From Dehalococcoidia bacterium (lineage in GTDB: Bacteria > Chloroflexota > Dehalococcoidia > Plut-88900), in contig OZ240215.1 in the NCBI GenBank assembly GCA_965197585.1, forward strand, positions 1,760,001-1,824,000: a stretch of DNA of 64,000 nt, given 5' to 3'. Positions 48,160-57,434 of this stretch are shown here, in pieces. The position numbers were made by a program, and so were the translations under genes. The first letter of the stretch is position 1. Every line of letters begins with the position of its first letter. The notes under the pieces were generated by a model. The model was not told the origin of the DNA. It did no database searches and worked only from the letters and a program-made list of their open reading frames with translations.

Positions 48160-51100
48160 ATGAGCGCGAAGTTGAAGTCAGCATTAGTCCTCACCTCTAT
48201 CACTCTGATGTTAGTTGTGTTAGTAGCTTGCGGCTCACAACCCTCCCCCACTGCAGGCCCTGGACCCGTGGCAACGCCCACTCTGGTGCCCACACCAACC
48301 GCTTCGCCGGCGGTACCCACCCCCACCACAACCCCCGAGCCCACGCCTACTCCTGTGCCGGCGGTACCCACCCCCACCCCAACTCCCGAGCCCACGCCTA
48401 CGCCAACTCCTATGCCCACCGAGCCGGTCGAGCCGGAAACTGAGGTAGAGGAACCCCTGGACTTCGACCCCCTGGTGGTCCGCGGTACTCTTTCCAACGG
48501 CCTGAGCTACTACATCAGACACAACGAAGAGCCGCGCGACCGCGCCCAGATAGCCCTGGCGATAAAGGCGGGTTCGGTGCTCGAGGAGGAGAATCAGCGC
48601 GGGCTGGCTCACTTCGTAGAGCACATGGCATTCAACGGCACCGAGCGCTTCGCCAAGCAAGAGATAATCGAATACATCGAGTCCATCGGCAGTACCTTTG
48701 GCCCCGACCTGAACGCCTACACCGGTTTCGACGAAACCCTGTATTTTCTGGAGATTCCGACAAACGATCCCGAAATCACCGAAAACGCTTTCCAGATCCT
48801 AAGTGACTGGGCTTATGCAATAAGCTTCGACCCGGAGGAGGTTGAGCTGGAGCGTGGCGTGGTGCTGGAAGAGTGGCGTTTGAGCCAGGGATTCAACTCC
48901 CGCCTCCAGGATAACTTGCTCTCACTGCTCTTCGGGTCCTCTCGCTACGCCGACCGGGCCCCTATTGGACTCACGGAAATCATTGAAAACGCGCCCGTAG
49001 AGCGCCTGATCGAATACTACCAGCGTTGGTACAGGCCCGACTTGATGGCCGTCGTCGCCGTGGGTGATTTCGATATTGTGGAGATGGAAGCCAAGGTGAA
49101 GCAGCACTTCGCCCCCCCTCCCGAAGGCGAGGCTTACCAGGAGCGCGCTGTCATCGCACCCTCCACCGAAAGGCCCACTTTCGATGTCCCCGGCTACGAC
49201 GAGACGCGTATCGAGGTCTTTACCGATGCAGAATCCCCCGGATCCCAGTTCATCCTCATCCGAAACCACACTCCCGACAAGGGTCAAGACTTGTTGGCAT
49301 TCCGGCGCTATGTCGTGGAAAGCCTTGCCTTCATGATGCTCAACGCACGACTCTTTGAGCGCACTCAATCCGCCGATCCACCCTACCTGTGGGCCGGAAG
49401 CGGACGTTCAGCATATGTAGAGTCCCTGGATATTTTGACGTTCCAGGCATGGGTGGAGCCCGATGGCATCGAAACTGGTCTGGGTGCGGTACTGGAGGAA
49501 ATGCAGCGCGTACGGCAGCACGGCTTCACTGAAGGCGAACTGGCCCGAGAAAAGAGCAACCTGCTCAGCTCGGTGGAAAGCGCGTACAAGCAACGGGAAC
49601 AGACATCGTCAGGTACCCTCGTCGACGAGTACGTAGACCACTTTTTCAGCGGAACGCCCGTTCCCGGCATAGAAGCTGAATGGGAGCTCTACCAGGAAGT
49701 GCTGGCGCAGATTTCCTTGGCAGAGTTCGGTGAAGTGGCGGAATCCTGGACTCAGTCCGGGAACACAGGGCTGCTGGTCGTACGCCCCGAAGAAACTGAA
49801 GCCAACTCGGATGCGGACTTGGCAGTAGCCACGCTGGCTCAAATCAAGGGAGCCCCAGCACTGACGGTAGATCCCTACGCAGATGACGTAGGAGATGTTC
49901 CCCTGCTGGCAACTATCCCGACCCCGGGAAGCATAACCGCAGAAGAGCAAATAGAGTCTATCGACACCGTAAAGTGGACGCTGTCCAACGGCATTACCGT
50001 AATAGCCAAACAGACCGACTTCAAAAACGACGAGGTCGTATTCAGGGCCTTCAGCCCAGGCGGGCACTCCCTCGTGTCCGATGATGACCACGTGTCCGCT
50101 ACCTACGCCGCACAATTGGTTTCCGGAAGCGGCGTAGGCCCGCACGACAATGTGACTCTGGACAAGCTGCTAGCCGGCCAGAGGGTCTCAGTATCTCCAT
50201 ATATAGAGGAGTTGTTTGAAGGCTTTAGTGGCAGTGGCTCACCGGAGGACATGGAGACCCTGTTCCAACTAATCACGTTGTATGCAACCGAACCTCGGCT
50301 GGATCCGGCTTTTTTCTCGAATTACGAATCGAGGCTGCGCAGCGTCGCCGAGATCAACGCCGCCGAGCCGGACTCAGTCCTTTTTGATACCGTAAACGCC
50401 CTGCTGGCCCAGAACCACTTCCGTGCCCGCCCTCTTTCAGTAGAACTGCTGGAAGAGCTGAGCATTGAACAGGCCGAGGCCGTCTACGCGGAACGGTTCG
50501 CAGACTTGAGCGATTCAACCTTCGTATTTGTGGGCGCGTTCGACTGGGATGAACTCCGCTCGTTGACTGCCACCTACCTGGCCAGCTTGCCAAGCACAGG
50601 TCGGTCCGAACAGTGGCAAGACCACGGGATTGACCCGCCGCCCGGTCTGGTAGACCACGCTGTTTACAGTGGGACTGAGCCCCGCAGCAACACATTAGTG
50701 CTTTTCGCCGGAGATATGGAGTGGAGCCACCAGGAGGCCCTCACTCTTAACGTGGTCGGCGAGGTGCTCGGGATTCGATTGCGGGAACGAGTCCGCGAAC
50801 AATTGGGCGGCACGTACAGCATTGGTGTAAGCGCGAGTGGCTCCAGCCTCCCAGACCAGGAGTACTTGGCCTACGTCATCTTTGGCAGCGATCCCACCCG
50901 CGTCGAAGAGCTTTTCGCCGAGGTGATTGCGGAAATTGACTGGCTGCGTGAGGGAGGTGAACAGAGCTACCTGGACACCGTCAAGGAGCTCATGCGAACC
51001 TCCCGAGAGGAACAGCTGCGGGACAACGGGTTCTGGCTTGGTCAGATCCAGGCCGCGGCCCAGCGGGTTGAACCTTTCACGGAAATCACCGGCTTCGACG

Positions 51101-51204
51101 AACGGCTGGAGGCATTAACGCTGGAGGAAGTCGCGTCCGCAGCTGAACGCTACCTGACCACGGACCGATACCTGCGGGTAGTGCTGTTCCCCGTAGAGGA
51201 ATAA
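48160..51204 (+). CDS. M16 (insulinase/PqqL-like) zinc protease, lipoprotein with Pro/Thr linker
   Basis: Lipobox LVAC, HFVEH zinc motif, LNAYTGFDET, ERGVVLEE, second half LSNGI and RLRERVRE..GGTY. Confidence 0.92.
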   Translation: MSAKLKSALVLTSITLMLVVLVACGSQPSPTAGPGPVATPTLVPTPTASPAVPTPTTTPEPTPTPVPAVPTPTPTPEPTPTPTPMPTEPVEPETEVEEPLDFDPLVVRGTLSNGLSYYIRHNEEPRDRAQIALAIKAGSVLEEENQRGLAHFVEHMAFNGTERFAKQEIIEYIESIGSTFGPDLNAYTGFDETLYFLEIPTNDPEITENAFQILSDWAYAISFDPEEVELERGVVLEEWRLSQGFNSRLQDNLLSLLFGSSRYADRAPIGLTEIIENAPVERLIEYYQRWYRPDLMAVVAVGDFDIVEMEAKVKQHFAPPPEGEAYQERAVIAPSTERPTFDVPGYDETRIEVFTDAESPGSQFILIRNHTPDKGQDLLAFRRYVVESLAFMMLNARLFERTQSADPPYLWAGSGRSAYVESLDILTFQAWVEPDGIETGLGAVLEEMQRVRQHGFTEGELAREKSNLLSSVESAYKQREQTSSGTLVDEYVDHFFSGTPVPGIEAEWELYQEVLAQISLAEFGEVAESWTQSGNTGLLVVRPEETEANSDADLAVATLAQIKGAPALTVDPYADDVGDVPLLATIPTPGSITAEEQIESIDTVKWTLSNGITVIAKQTDFKNDEVVFRAFSPGGHSLVSDDDHVSATYAAQLVSGSGVGPHDNVTLDKLLAGQRVSVSPYIEELFEGFSGSGSPEDMETLFQLITLYATEPRLDPAFFSNYESRLRSVAEINAAEPDSVLFDTVNALLAQNHFRARPLSVELLEELSIEQAEAVYAERFADLSDSTFVFVGAFDWDELRSLTATYLASLPSTGRSEQWQDHGIDPPPGLVDHAVYSGTEPRSNTLVLFAGDMEWSHQEALTLNVVGEVLGIRLRERVREQLGGTYSIGVSASGSSLPDQEYLAYVIFGSDPTRVEELFAEVIAEIDWLREGGEQSYLDTVKELMRTSREEQLRDNGFWLGQIQAAAQRVEPFTEITGFDERLEALTLEEVASAAERYLTTDRYLRVVLFPVEE
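48306..48401 (+). repeat. 51-bp-period tandem duplication in the Pro/Thr linker
   Basis: GCCGGCGGTACCCACCCCCACC...CCCGAGCCCACGCCTAC at 48306 and 48357. Confidence 0.85.
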
Positions 51205-51393
51205 CAGTCCGGGTAATCCCCCAGACCACCCCCGACGCCTTTGCTCCCCCTGTTCAGCCAAGAGTTGAGCCCGAATGGAGGCGCATAAGGCCTTGGCACA
51301 ATGTCCCCCGCAACCAATGGGGCAACAAAGCATGGTGCTTAGTCCAATCAAGGTATATCCTCTTGGATACTATGTTGCCCGGAGGAGGCTGTT

Positions 51394-52431
51394 ATGAAGT
51401 TGGACTTTAGCGTCGGCCTGGGCCGTACCGAATCAGTCCACGAGATAGGGGAGTATGCAAGGTTTGCAGAGGACAGTGGGTTCAAGCAATTAACCCTTAT
51501 AGACATGCCCTTCGTCGGCCGCGACGTACATACTTTGATGGCCCTCTCCGCTCAGAGCACCAGATCAATCCTTATAGGCCATGGGGTAACCACCCCGATA
51601 ACCTTCCACCCGATGTCAATTGCCAACGCCACCGCCAGCATTAACGAGCTGTCCGGGGGTCGTGCCTTTGTCGGCCTGGGAGTCGGCGGGCCTTTCGAAA
51701 CTGTCCTGAAGCGGCCTGCTCCAGTCAAGGAAATGCGTGAAGCCGTGAATTTCATCCGAAATTTCATGTCTGGGGAGGAAGCGGAATACCGAGGAGCGAA
51801 AGCACACTCGGAGTGGATACGGGACCCGGTGCCCATCTACTTGGCTGCAGAGCGTCCGAGGATGTTGCAGCTTGCCGGCGAAATCGCCGACGGAGTGATC
51901 TCAATCGGGACCAATCCGGAGTGGGTCAGGTGGAAGATGGCGCAGGTTGAGAAGGGAGCGCTCAGGGTTGGCAGGGATCCTGCAGAGGTGGAGTTCTGGG
52001 TCCGCACCATGATATATGTCGCCGACAACAAAGAGGACGCCCGAGAGGAGGTTGCTCCTTATCCCCTTGCCTATGGCCACCTACATACGCTTTTCGAACA
52101 GGATACCCCCGAGGTAAACGAGCTACGCCGAGGACTGGAACGGGCAAATCCGGGACTGATCGAGGAACTTGCCTCCGATTCTAGACGGGTCGCCGACGCT
52201 TATGAGCCCTACGGTGTCGAGCGGCTCGATGCGCCCTGGGCGAAACATGTCACTGCTACCCTGATTGATTATTTTCATCTGACAGGTAAACCGGATGACA
52301 TCAACGAAAGAATCTCCCTTTTAGGGGAGATGGGAGTAAAGAACATCTCCACCGTGATGTTCACAATCCTGGACAAGAAAGGAATGATGCGGTCAATTAG
52401 AGACGAGATCATGCCCCACTTCCAAGCCTAG
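51394..52431 (+). CDS. LLM-class oxidoreductase (Mer-like)
   Basis: GHGVTTP, INELSGGRAFVGLG, PIYLAA..PRML.LAGEIADG. Confidence 0.9.
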   Translation: MKLDFSVGLGRTESVHEIGEYARFAEDSGFKQLTLIDMPFVGRDVHTLMALSAQSTRSILIGHGVTTPITFHPMSIANATASINELSGGRAFVGLGVGGPFETVLKRPAPVKEMREAVNFIRNFMSGEEAEYRGAKAHSEWIRDPVPIYLAAERPRMLQLAGEIADGVISIGTNPEWVRWKMAQVEKGALRVGRDPAEVEFWVRTMIYVADNKEDAREEVAPYPLAYGHLHTLFEQDTPEVNELRRGLERANPGLIEELASDSRRVADAYEPYGVERLDAPWAKHVTATLIDYFHLTGKPDDINERISLLGEMGVKNISTVMFTILDKKGMMRSIRDEIMPHFQA

Positions 52432-52526
52432 GATTATCCCTGGAGACATTTCCGGCCCGCCAACCAACGCGAACTGCATATAGAACTGCGCCACTCCAAC
52501 ATGCGCTGACTCTCAGGAGGAACACA

Positions 52527-53690
52527 ATGACAACAGTAACCAGCGGTTCAATTCCTATGACTGCCCCTCCCTTCTCTCAAGAGGAATACCAACGACGCCA
52601 GAGCGCGGTGATGGCAAAACTTGAGTCGCAGGGGATGGATGCGATTGCGGTGACGGCTTACAGCCGCCAGGAATATCTCTCCGGCTATGATGGTGCCGGC
52701 GGATACTTCGCCCCCTTCCCATTGATTCTGGCCCCCGGCCGCCCGCCGACATACGTGGTCCGCGAGTACGATGAAGACGCAGTCAGGACCGAAAGCTGCA
52801 TAACGGAAGTTGTCACCTACACTCAGGAGGGTGACCAGGCAAAAGCCGTGGCCGACGTGCTCCGAAGCTTCGGGCTGGAGCAATGTAGGCTTGGGATGGA
52901 GTTGGCTTGCTGGAACCTCGCCCCGAGGGACGTAGCCGCACTGCAGTCTGAACTGCCCAACCTAAAGATCGTCGATGCCACTGGGGTTGTCGCTTCCGTA
53001 GCCGCCGCAAAAAGCGATGTGGAAATTGCAACCATGCGCAAAGCCATGAGTTTCACACGAATAGCCGTCGAGACAATGAACGCATCACTTCGAGAAGGCA
53101 TCACCGAACACGAGGTTGCCCAGGCAATCACTGCCGCCGTGGAAAACGCCGGTGGTGAGATACGTCCCTTCACCCTGCTGTTTGGGCCCCGAACGGCCCT
53201 GCCCCACGGCCTCCCGACTTCCTACGCCCTTCAAAATGACCAGCCGATTTTTACAGAGATGGGCGGCTGGGCCAACGGTTACGCCGGCAGTATCTGCCGC
53301 TCGGCGTTACTGGGTAGCCACGCGGGTGCAGAGTCCCTCCACTCCCTTGCCGAGGAAGCGCTGCAGGCGGCCATCGATGCTATACGTCCCGGCGAGAAAA
53401 CGGGAGACGTCGACGCCGCCTGCCGAGGTGTCATCGAAAGATCAGGACGCCCCGAAGTCTTTCGGCATCGCACCGGGTACCAGAACGGAATCATGTGGTC
53501 CGATCGAGGAAACTTGAGCCTGGAACCCAACTCTGAAGATGTGCTCGCTCCTGGCATGACTTTCCACATGCCCATCATCCTCTTCGAATCAGGCCAGTAC
53601 GGAGTCGGATTGAGTGAGACCGTCCTGGTAACTGATCAGGGTTGCGAAGTGCTCAGCGGATTGCCCCGTGCGATTCATAAAGTGGAGTAG
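52527..53690 (+). CDS. M24 Xaa-Pro peptidase family protein (creatinase-like)
   Basis: YLSGYD, KSDVEI, PHG, RHRTGY, TFHMP, SETVLVT. Confidence 0.85.
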   Translation: MTTVTSGSIPMTAPPFSQEEYQRRQSAVMAKLESQGMDAIAVTAYSRQEYLSGYDGAGGYFAPFPLILAPGRPPTYVVREYDEDAVRTESCITEVVTYTQEGDQAKAVADVLRSFGLEQCRLGMELACWNLAPRDVAALQSELPNLKIVDATGVVASVAAAKSDVEIATMRKAMSFTRIAVETMNASLREGITEHEVAQAITAAVENAGGEIRPFTLLFGPRTALPHGLPTSYALQNDQPIFTEMGGWANGYAGSICRSALLGSHAGAESLHSLAEEALQAAIDAIRPGEKTGDVDAACRGVIERSGRPEVFRHRTGYQNGIMWSDRGNLSLEPNSEDVLAPGMTFHMPIILFESGQYGVGLSETVLVTDQGCEVLSGLPRAIHKVE

Positions 53691-53755
53691 ACAAGCCGAC
53701 CATAGGTCTCCGTACGCAATGATTTGCTACCGGCACTCTTCCTCCGACCATTCAG

Positions 53756-54571
53756 TCACGGGACCCGAGTCACGCGGACTGCGAAATTGCGGACATCCGG
53801 GGCACCGACGCGCGCTGCGTCAATCACGGTAGCTAGCGCCCACCCCACAGCGCTCGCCGTCCACTCAGGCAACATGACCGACACCCCGAGACCCGAGCGG
53901 GCAGGGGAGATGGGGCGCTCGGGCCAGTCGAACGACGCCTTGATCGAGTGCTGCTCAGGCACCGCTGCAACCGGTCCGAACTTGAATAGTCCAGTGTTCC
54001 TCCACTGGAGACCGGCGACCAACTCTTCCTCGGTTTGACCTCCGAGCAGCTCCTGGTTGAAGGCGATGAGCGCATCTGCTTTTCCCTTCAGGGTGGTGTT
54101 AAACCAATTGAGCGCAGAGACCAAGTCCCCTGCCGGGGATCGTATGCCGGGATCTAGGTCATATGCCGTCACCTGTATCCCAGACAACTCTACGTCTCCA
54201 AAGCGGCGGAGCGCATCATCGAAGCACTGTACCAACGCCGGCAACACCATTGCCGGCTCGGCAGGGCGTCGGCGAACCCCGAGCGCTGCATACCCCCAAC
54301 CTGTAACCGGTGCCGGAGGCGCCCTGGTTGGCTTGAGGTCACCAACGTTCAGTCCGACCTGCACCCACCCAATCCGGGATGCCTCAACGCCGACGGTTAG
54401 TTCCGCCTCGTTCATATCCCAGAGCATCGGGCGGCGACGATTCGACGTGGTTGACCAACCCATCAGTTCAGCACGCGCTCTAAAGACGCTATAGAGGTCC
54501 TCCTCCTCGGCATCAATCAGGTTCGTGCCCGGAGAAAGCTGTCCGAAAGCCTCAAGGAAAAGGGTCGACAT
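53756..54571 (-). CDS. Hypothetical protein
   Basis: 271-aa ORF with AGGAG before the ATG; no family recognised. Confidence 0.6.
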   Translation of the reverse strand: MSTLFLEAFGQLSPGTNLIDAEEEDLYSVFRARAELMGWSTTSNRRRPMLWDMNEAELTVGVEASRIGWVQVGLNVGDLKPTRAPPAPVTGWGYAALGVRRRPAEPAMVLPALVQCFDDALRRFGDVELSGIQVTAYDLDPGIRSPAGDLVSALNWFNTTLKGKADALIAFNQELLGGQTEEELVAGLQWRNTGLFKFGPVAAVPEQHSIKASFDWPERPISPARSGLGVSVMLPEWTASAVGWALATVIDAARVGAPDVRNFAVRVTRVP

Positions 54572-54580
54572 GGCAACTCC

Positions 54581-54930
54581 TCACCACCAACAAGTCCATA
54601 GACTGTCGCGGTGTACGTATCTGGACAATAGGCGGAACAATCTTCGAGACGTGACTTGGTAGACTGTTAACATCAGCAACCTCACGATGCGGTATGTACT
54701 ACGCCACCCATCAGGCTTTTTGGTCAAGTCGTTATACAGCCACTGGAACGGCCGGCCAACGTGCACGACAGGCACAATCGCGATCCCAAGCGCAACGGTC
54801 CACGCCATTTAGTCATCCAGGATGCCGAGCACTGCGGGAGGGATGGAAACGGTGGGTATGACAACGACCAAACCAGATATACACTTTCCTCTGCGCTTCA
54901 CGGTAAAGTAGCTCCCGGCAAGATTTTAAC
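54581..54930 (-). pseudogene. Possible degraded membrane-protein gene
   Basis: The 54581-54808 frame continues upstream past an in-frame TAA into more hydrophobic sequence (GLVVVIPTVSIPPAVLGILDD*MAWTVALGIAIV). Confidence 0.3.
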
Positions 54931-55108
54931 AGCCGAAACGGGAGACTCGAGGTACGAGCGCTGCGTGGCACGAATGCAGGACCTGTAGAGCCAACTGCGT
55001 AGACCCGACACCTATGAGTCTAATTGGCTGACACGGCAAAGGAGGCACCCCGATCAAATCAGAGAGCCTCCCATGATCTCGTTCAGATAGAGGAGTGACA
55101 CCAACCCC

Positions 55109-55137
55109 TTGACCCGTATGAACATTAGTGCTATTAT
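55109..55137 (+). promoter_or_regulatory. Sigma70-type promoter with LexA-like box (element B)
   Basis: TTGACC (55109)-17 nt-TATTAT (55132) with extended -10 TG; GAAC-ATTA-GTGC at 55120-55131. Confidence 0.65.
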
Positions 55138-55143
55138 CCCCAC

Positions 55144-55835
55144 CGTTCGAACACCAACCTAACTATTTCAAGGAGGAACCAAAAACTAGGGAAGCCCACT
55201 AGACCCACCCGAGGACTCAACGTCCAAGCCCATCCCAACGGCCCGCGCGCAGGCCCGCGGCTCAAGCAAACGCCGCCATCTCCTCATCCCACCGGGTCCC
55301 GTGACCCCTTCCCTGACCCCCAGGCGATGGAAAGACGCCCTGGTTCGCTATCGTTCCATGTGTGCCCCCTCTAAGACGCCCTCAGCCTCTTACAGGGATT
55401 CCCTCCCCCGGGAGGGTTCCCGCTCTTTCGAGCGGGGCGGTTGGGTAAGCCCGGCGCCGAGGTCCTCTCGGCTCCTCGACCGCTTAACAAGTCGGGCGCC
55501 GGTGAACCGTGCGCTCCGGGTCACACCGGCAAACTCAAACATACTACGCCTGCATGAGCCCCGACGACCCACGCCGGACGCCGGGTCTCCTCCCCGCCCC
55601 TGCGGGGTGCAGCCGACCCTCGGGAGCAGGGCTCGGACTGTCGGCTCTGACGGTCCCTGCCTTGTCCGGCGTGTCAGGGCCTTAGGCCGCAGCAGCGGCA
55701 GGCGGGCCGGATGCCCTTGCCCCAGGGCCTCGTCGGAATACCCGCAACACAGGAACGGGGGCAGCGTCCAGCCAGCGTCTTCCATCGCCAATCCCCTCCC
55801 AACAGACAGAACCGAAACCCACAAACCCCACAATC
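55144..55835 (+). ncRNA. Candidate large structured non-coding RNA, copy B
   Basis: Homologous to copy A; helix 55323-55338/55775-55789 extended by further paired segments; many internal hairpins; ends approximate. Confidence 0.6.
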
Positions 55836-56232
55836 GAAGATGGAACACCCGCCGTGCTGAAAGTCCGCCTTTGGCGGAGAGGATCCGCCTCAGGAGGACT
55901 GAATAAAACCCCGGCGTGTCACGAATCTACCAAACGAGTACATCCCTTAGCATTCATCATCCAAAACTCTGTATTATTAGTCCCGAACCATGAATTCGAA
56001 GGGAATTTCCTTCTAGCAGCGTCATCTACAATGGTAGTCCGGCTCCGGGGTGACACTTAAGACCGCATCGTGTAAAGCTAGACAACTAAGACAAGAGTAC
56101 GGCGTATCAGCCAAATGGCTCCAACAACGAGTTATCACGCCGCCTATAATTAGGAACTCTATCAATGGAGACAGGCAGTTTTCCATTGTTGATATGATGC
56201 ACCCTATAGAGGGCAGACAGAGGGAGGAACGA

Positions 56233-57399
56233 ATGGATTACAAAGTGATATCGGCAGACACCCATCTGGACGTTGCATGGCTTCCGGGTGACCTCTTCAC
56301 GAACAACGCCCCGGCACATCTCAAGGACAAAATGCCATATGTGGCCGACCAGAAAAACGGCGGCAAGGCATGGGAAATCGAGGGAGAATATATGTGCGGC
56401 GCCGGTGTAGGAGGAAATCTGACGAAGGATTTCGCAGCCTACGTACCTGGTCAGTCTCACCATCTTGACCGTATGGCTGAAGTGGGTTTCTTTGACGGCA
56501 TAGCGAACGGCATCTACCACCCCTCGGATGCACAGCTGCGCATCAAAGACCAGGACATCGACGGTGTAGACGCCGAGGTGATGTACGGCATCCTGGGCAT
56601 AGGTGGAGGCGGATTTTCGGGGCCCGGATTCAAGGATGTTGAGGTTACAACCGCCATCTATAATGCCTACAACGAATGGGTGTCCGGCTTTGTTCGACCC
56701 CACTCCGATCGCATCGCCGCCCTCGGTTGCCTCAGCAGCCACGATCCCGAAGTAGCAGCCCGACAGGTGAGACGCTGCGCCGAATTGGGATTACGAGGCG
56801 CGGAAATCAATGCTGGCAAAATGCCTAACCCCGCATATCACAAAAACTGGGAGCCGTTGTGGGAAGCCGCATCGGAGACCCGTATGCCAGTATCTTTCCA
56901 TACGTTGGGCTATCCCCATAGAACTCCTTCACCTGCCGACCAGGACGATTACGGATGGCTGAGCATGGGCCTTGGATTCATCATGTTCCAGCTATCGGGC
57001 ATCGAGTTCCTTGTAAGCATGGTTCTCTCCGGGGCCTGCGAGCGAAATCCAGACTTCCAATTCGTCCTCGGCGAGTGTGGAATCGGATGGATCCCCTACG
57101 TAATCGAAAGGACCGATTCAAAATACGATGACCGTCTGTTCCACCTAGGGTTCAACATGAAGCCTAGCGAGTACTGGCAGAGACAGGGCTACTCAACCTT
57201 CCAGCAGGAATACGTCTCAACCGATGAGATTGAGCGGATCGGCATCAACAACATAATGTGGGGCTCGGACTATCCCCACCCCGACGGCGTGTTCCCCGAT
57301 TCTGCCAAGGCCATCGCAGAAGGCATGGGACACCTGGACGACGCGGTTCGGCAGAAGTTGATATGTGACAATGCTGCGAGAGTGTACCGATTCAACTAG
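56233..57399 (+). CDS. Amidohydrolase family 2 protein
   Basis: ISADTH, SFHT, GECGIGW, MWGSDYPHPDGVFP; GGAGG before ATG 56233. Confidence 0.92.
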   Translation: MDYKVISADTHLDVAWLPGDLFTNNAPAHLKDKMPYVADQKNGGKAWEIEGEYMCGAGVGGNLTKDFAAYVPGQSHHLDRMAEVGFFDGIANGIYHPSDAQLRIKDQDIDGVDAEVMYGILGIGGGGFSGPGFKDVEVTTAIYNAYNEWVSGFVRPHSDRIAALGCLSSHDPEVAARQVRRCAELGLRGAEINAGKMPNPAYHKNWEPLWEAASETRMPVSFHTLGYPHRTPSPADQDDYGWLSMGLGFIMFQLSGIEFLVSMVLSGACERNPDFQFVLGECGIGWIPYVIERTDSKYDDRLFHLGFNMKPSEYWQRQGYSTFQQEYVSTDEIERIGINNIMWGSDYPHPDGVFPDSAKAIAEGMGHLDDAVRQKLICDNAARVYRFN

Positions 57400-57434
57400 A
57401 TGATGACACGATTAGCAAACAGTAGGAGAAGCAC

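Noticed and set aside
55025-55075. c-di-GMP or other known riboswitch upstream of element B
   Set aside because: Only a GGCAAA and one hairpin; the remaining consensus is missing
55301-55906. 201-aa + strand and 152-aa - strand ORFs over element B
   Set aside because: No RBS, Arg/Pro/Ser-rich as expected of GC-rich structured non-coding DNA, and the equivalent frame in copy A stops within a few codons
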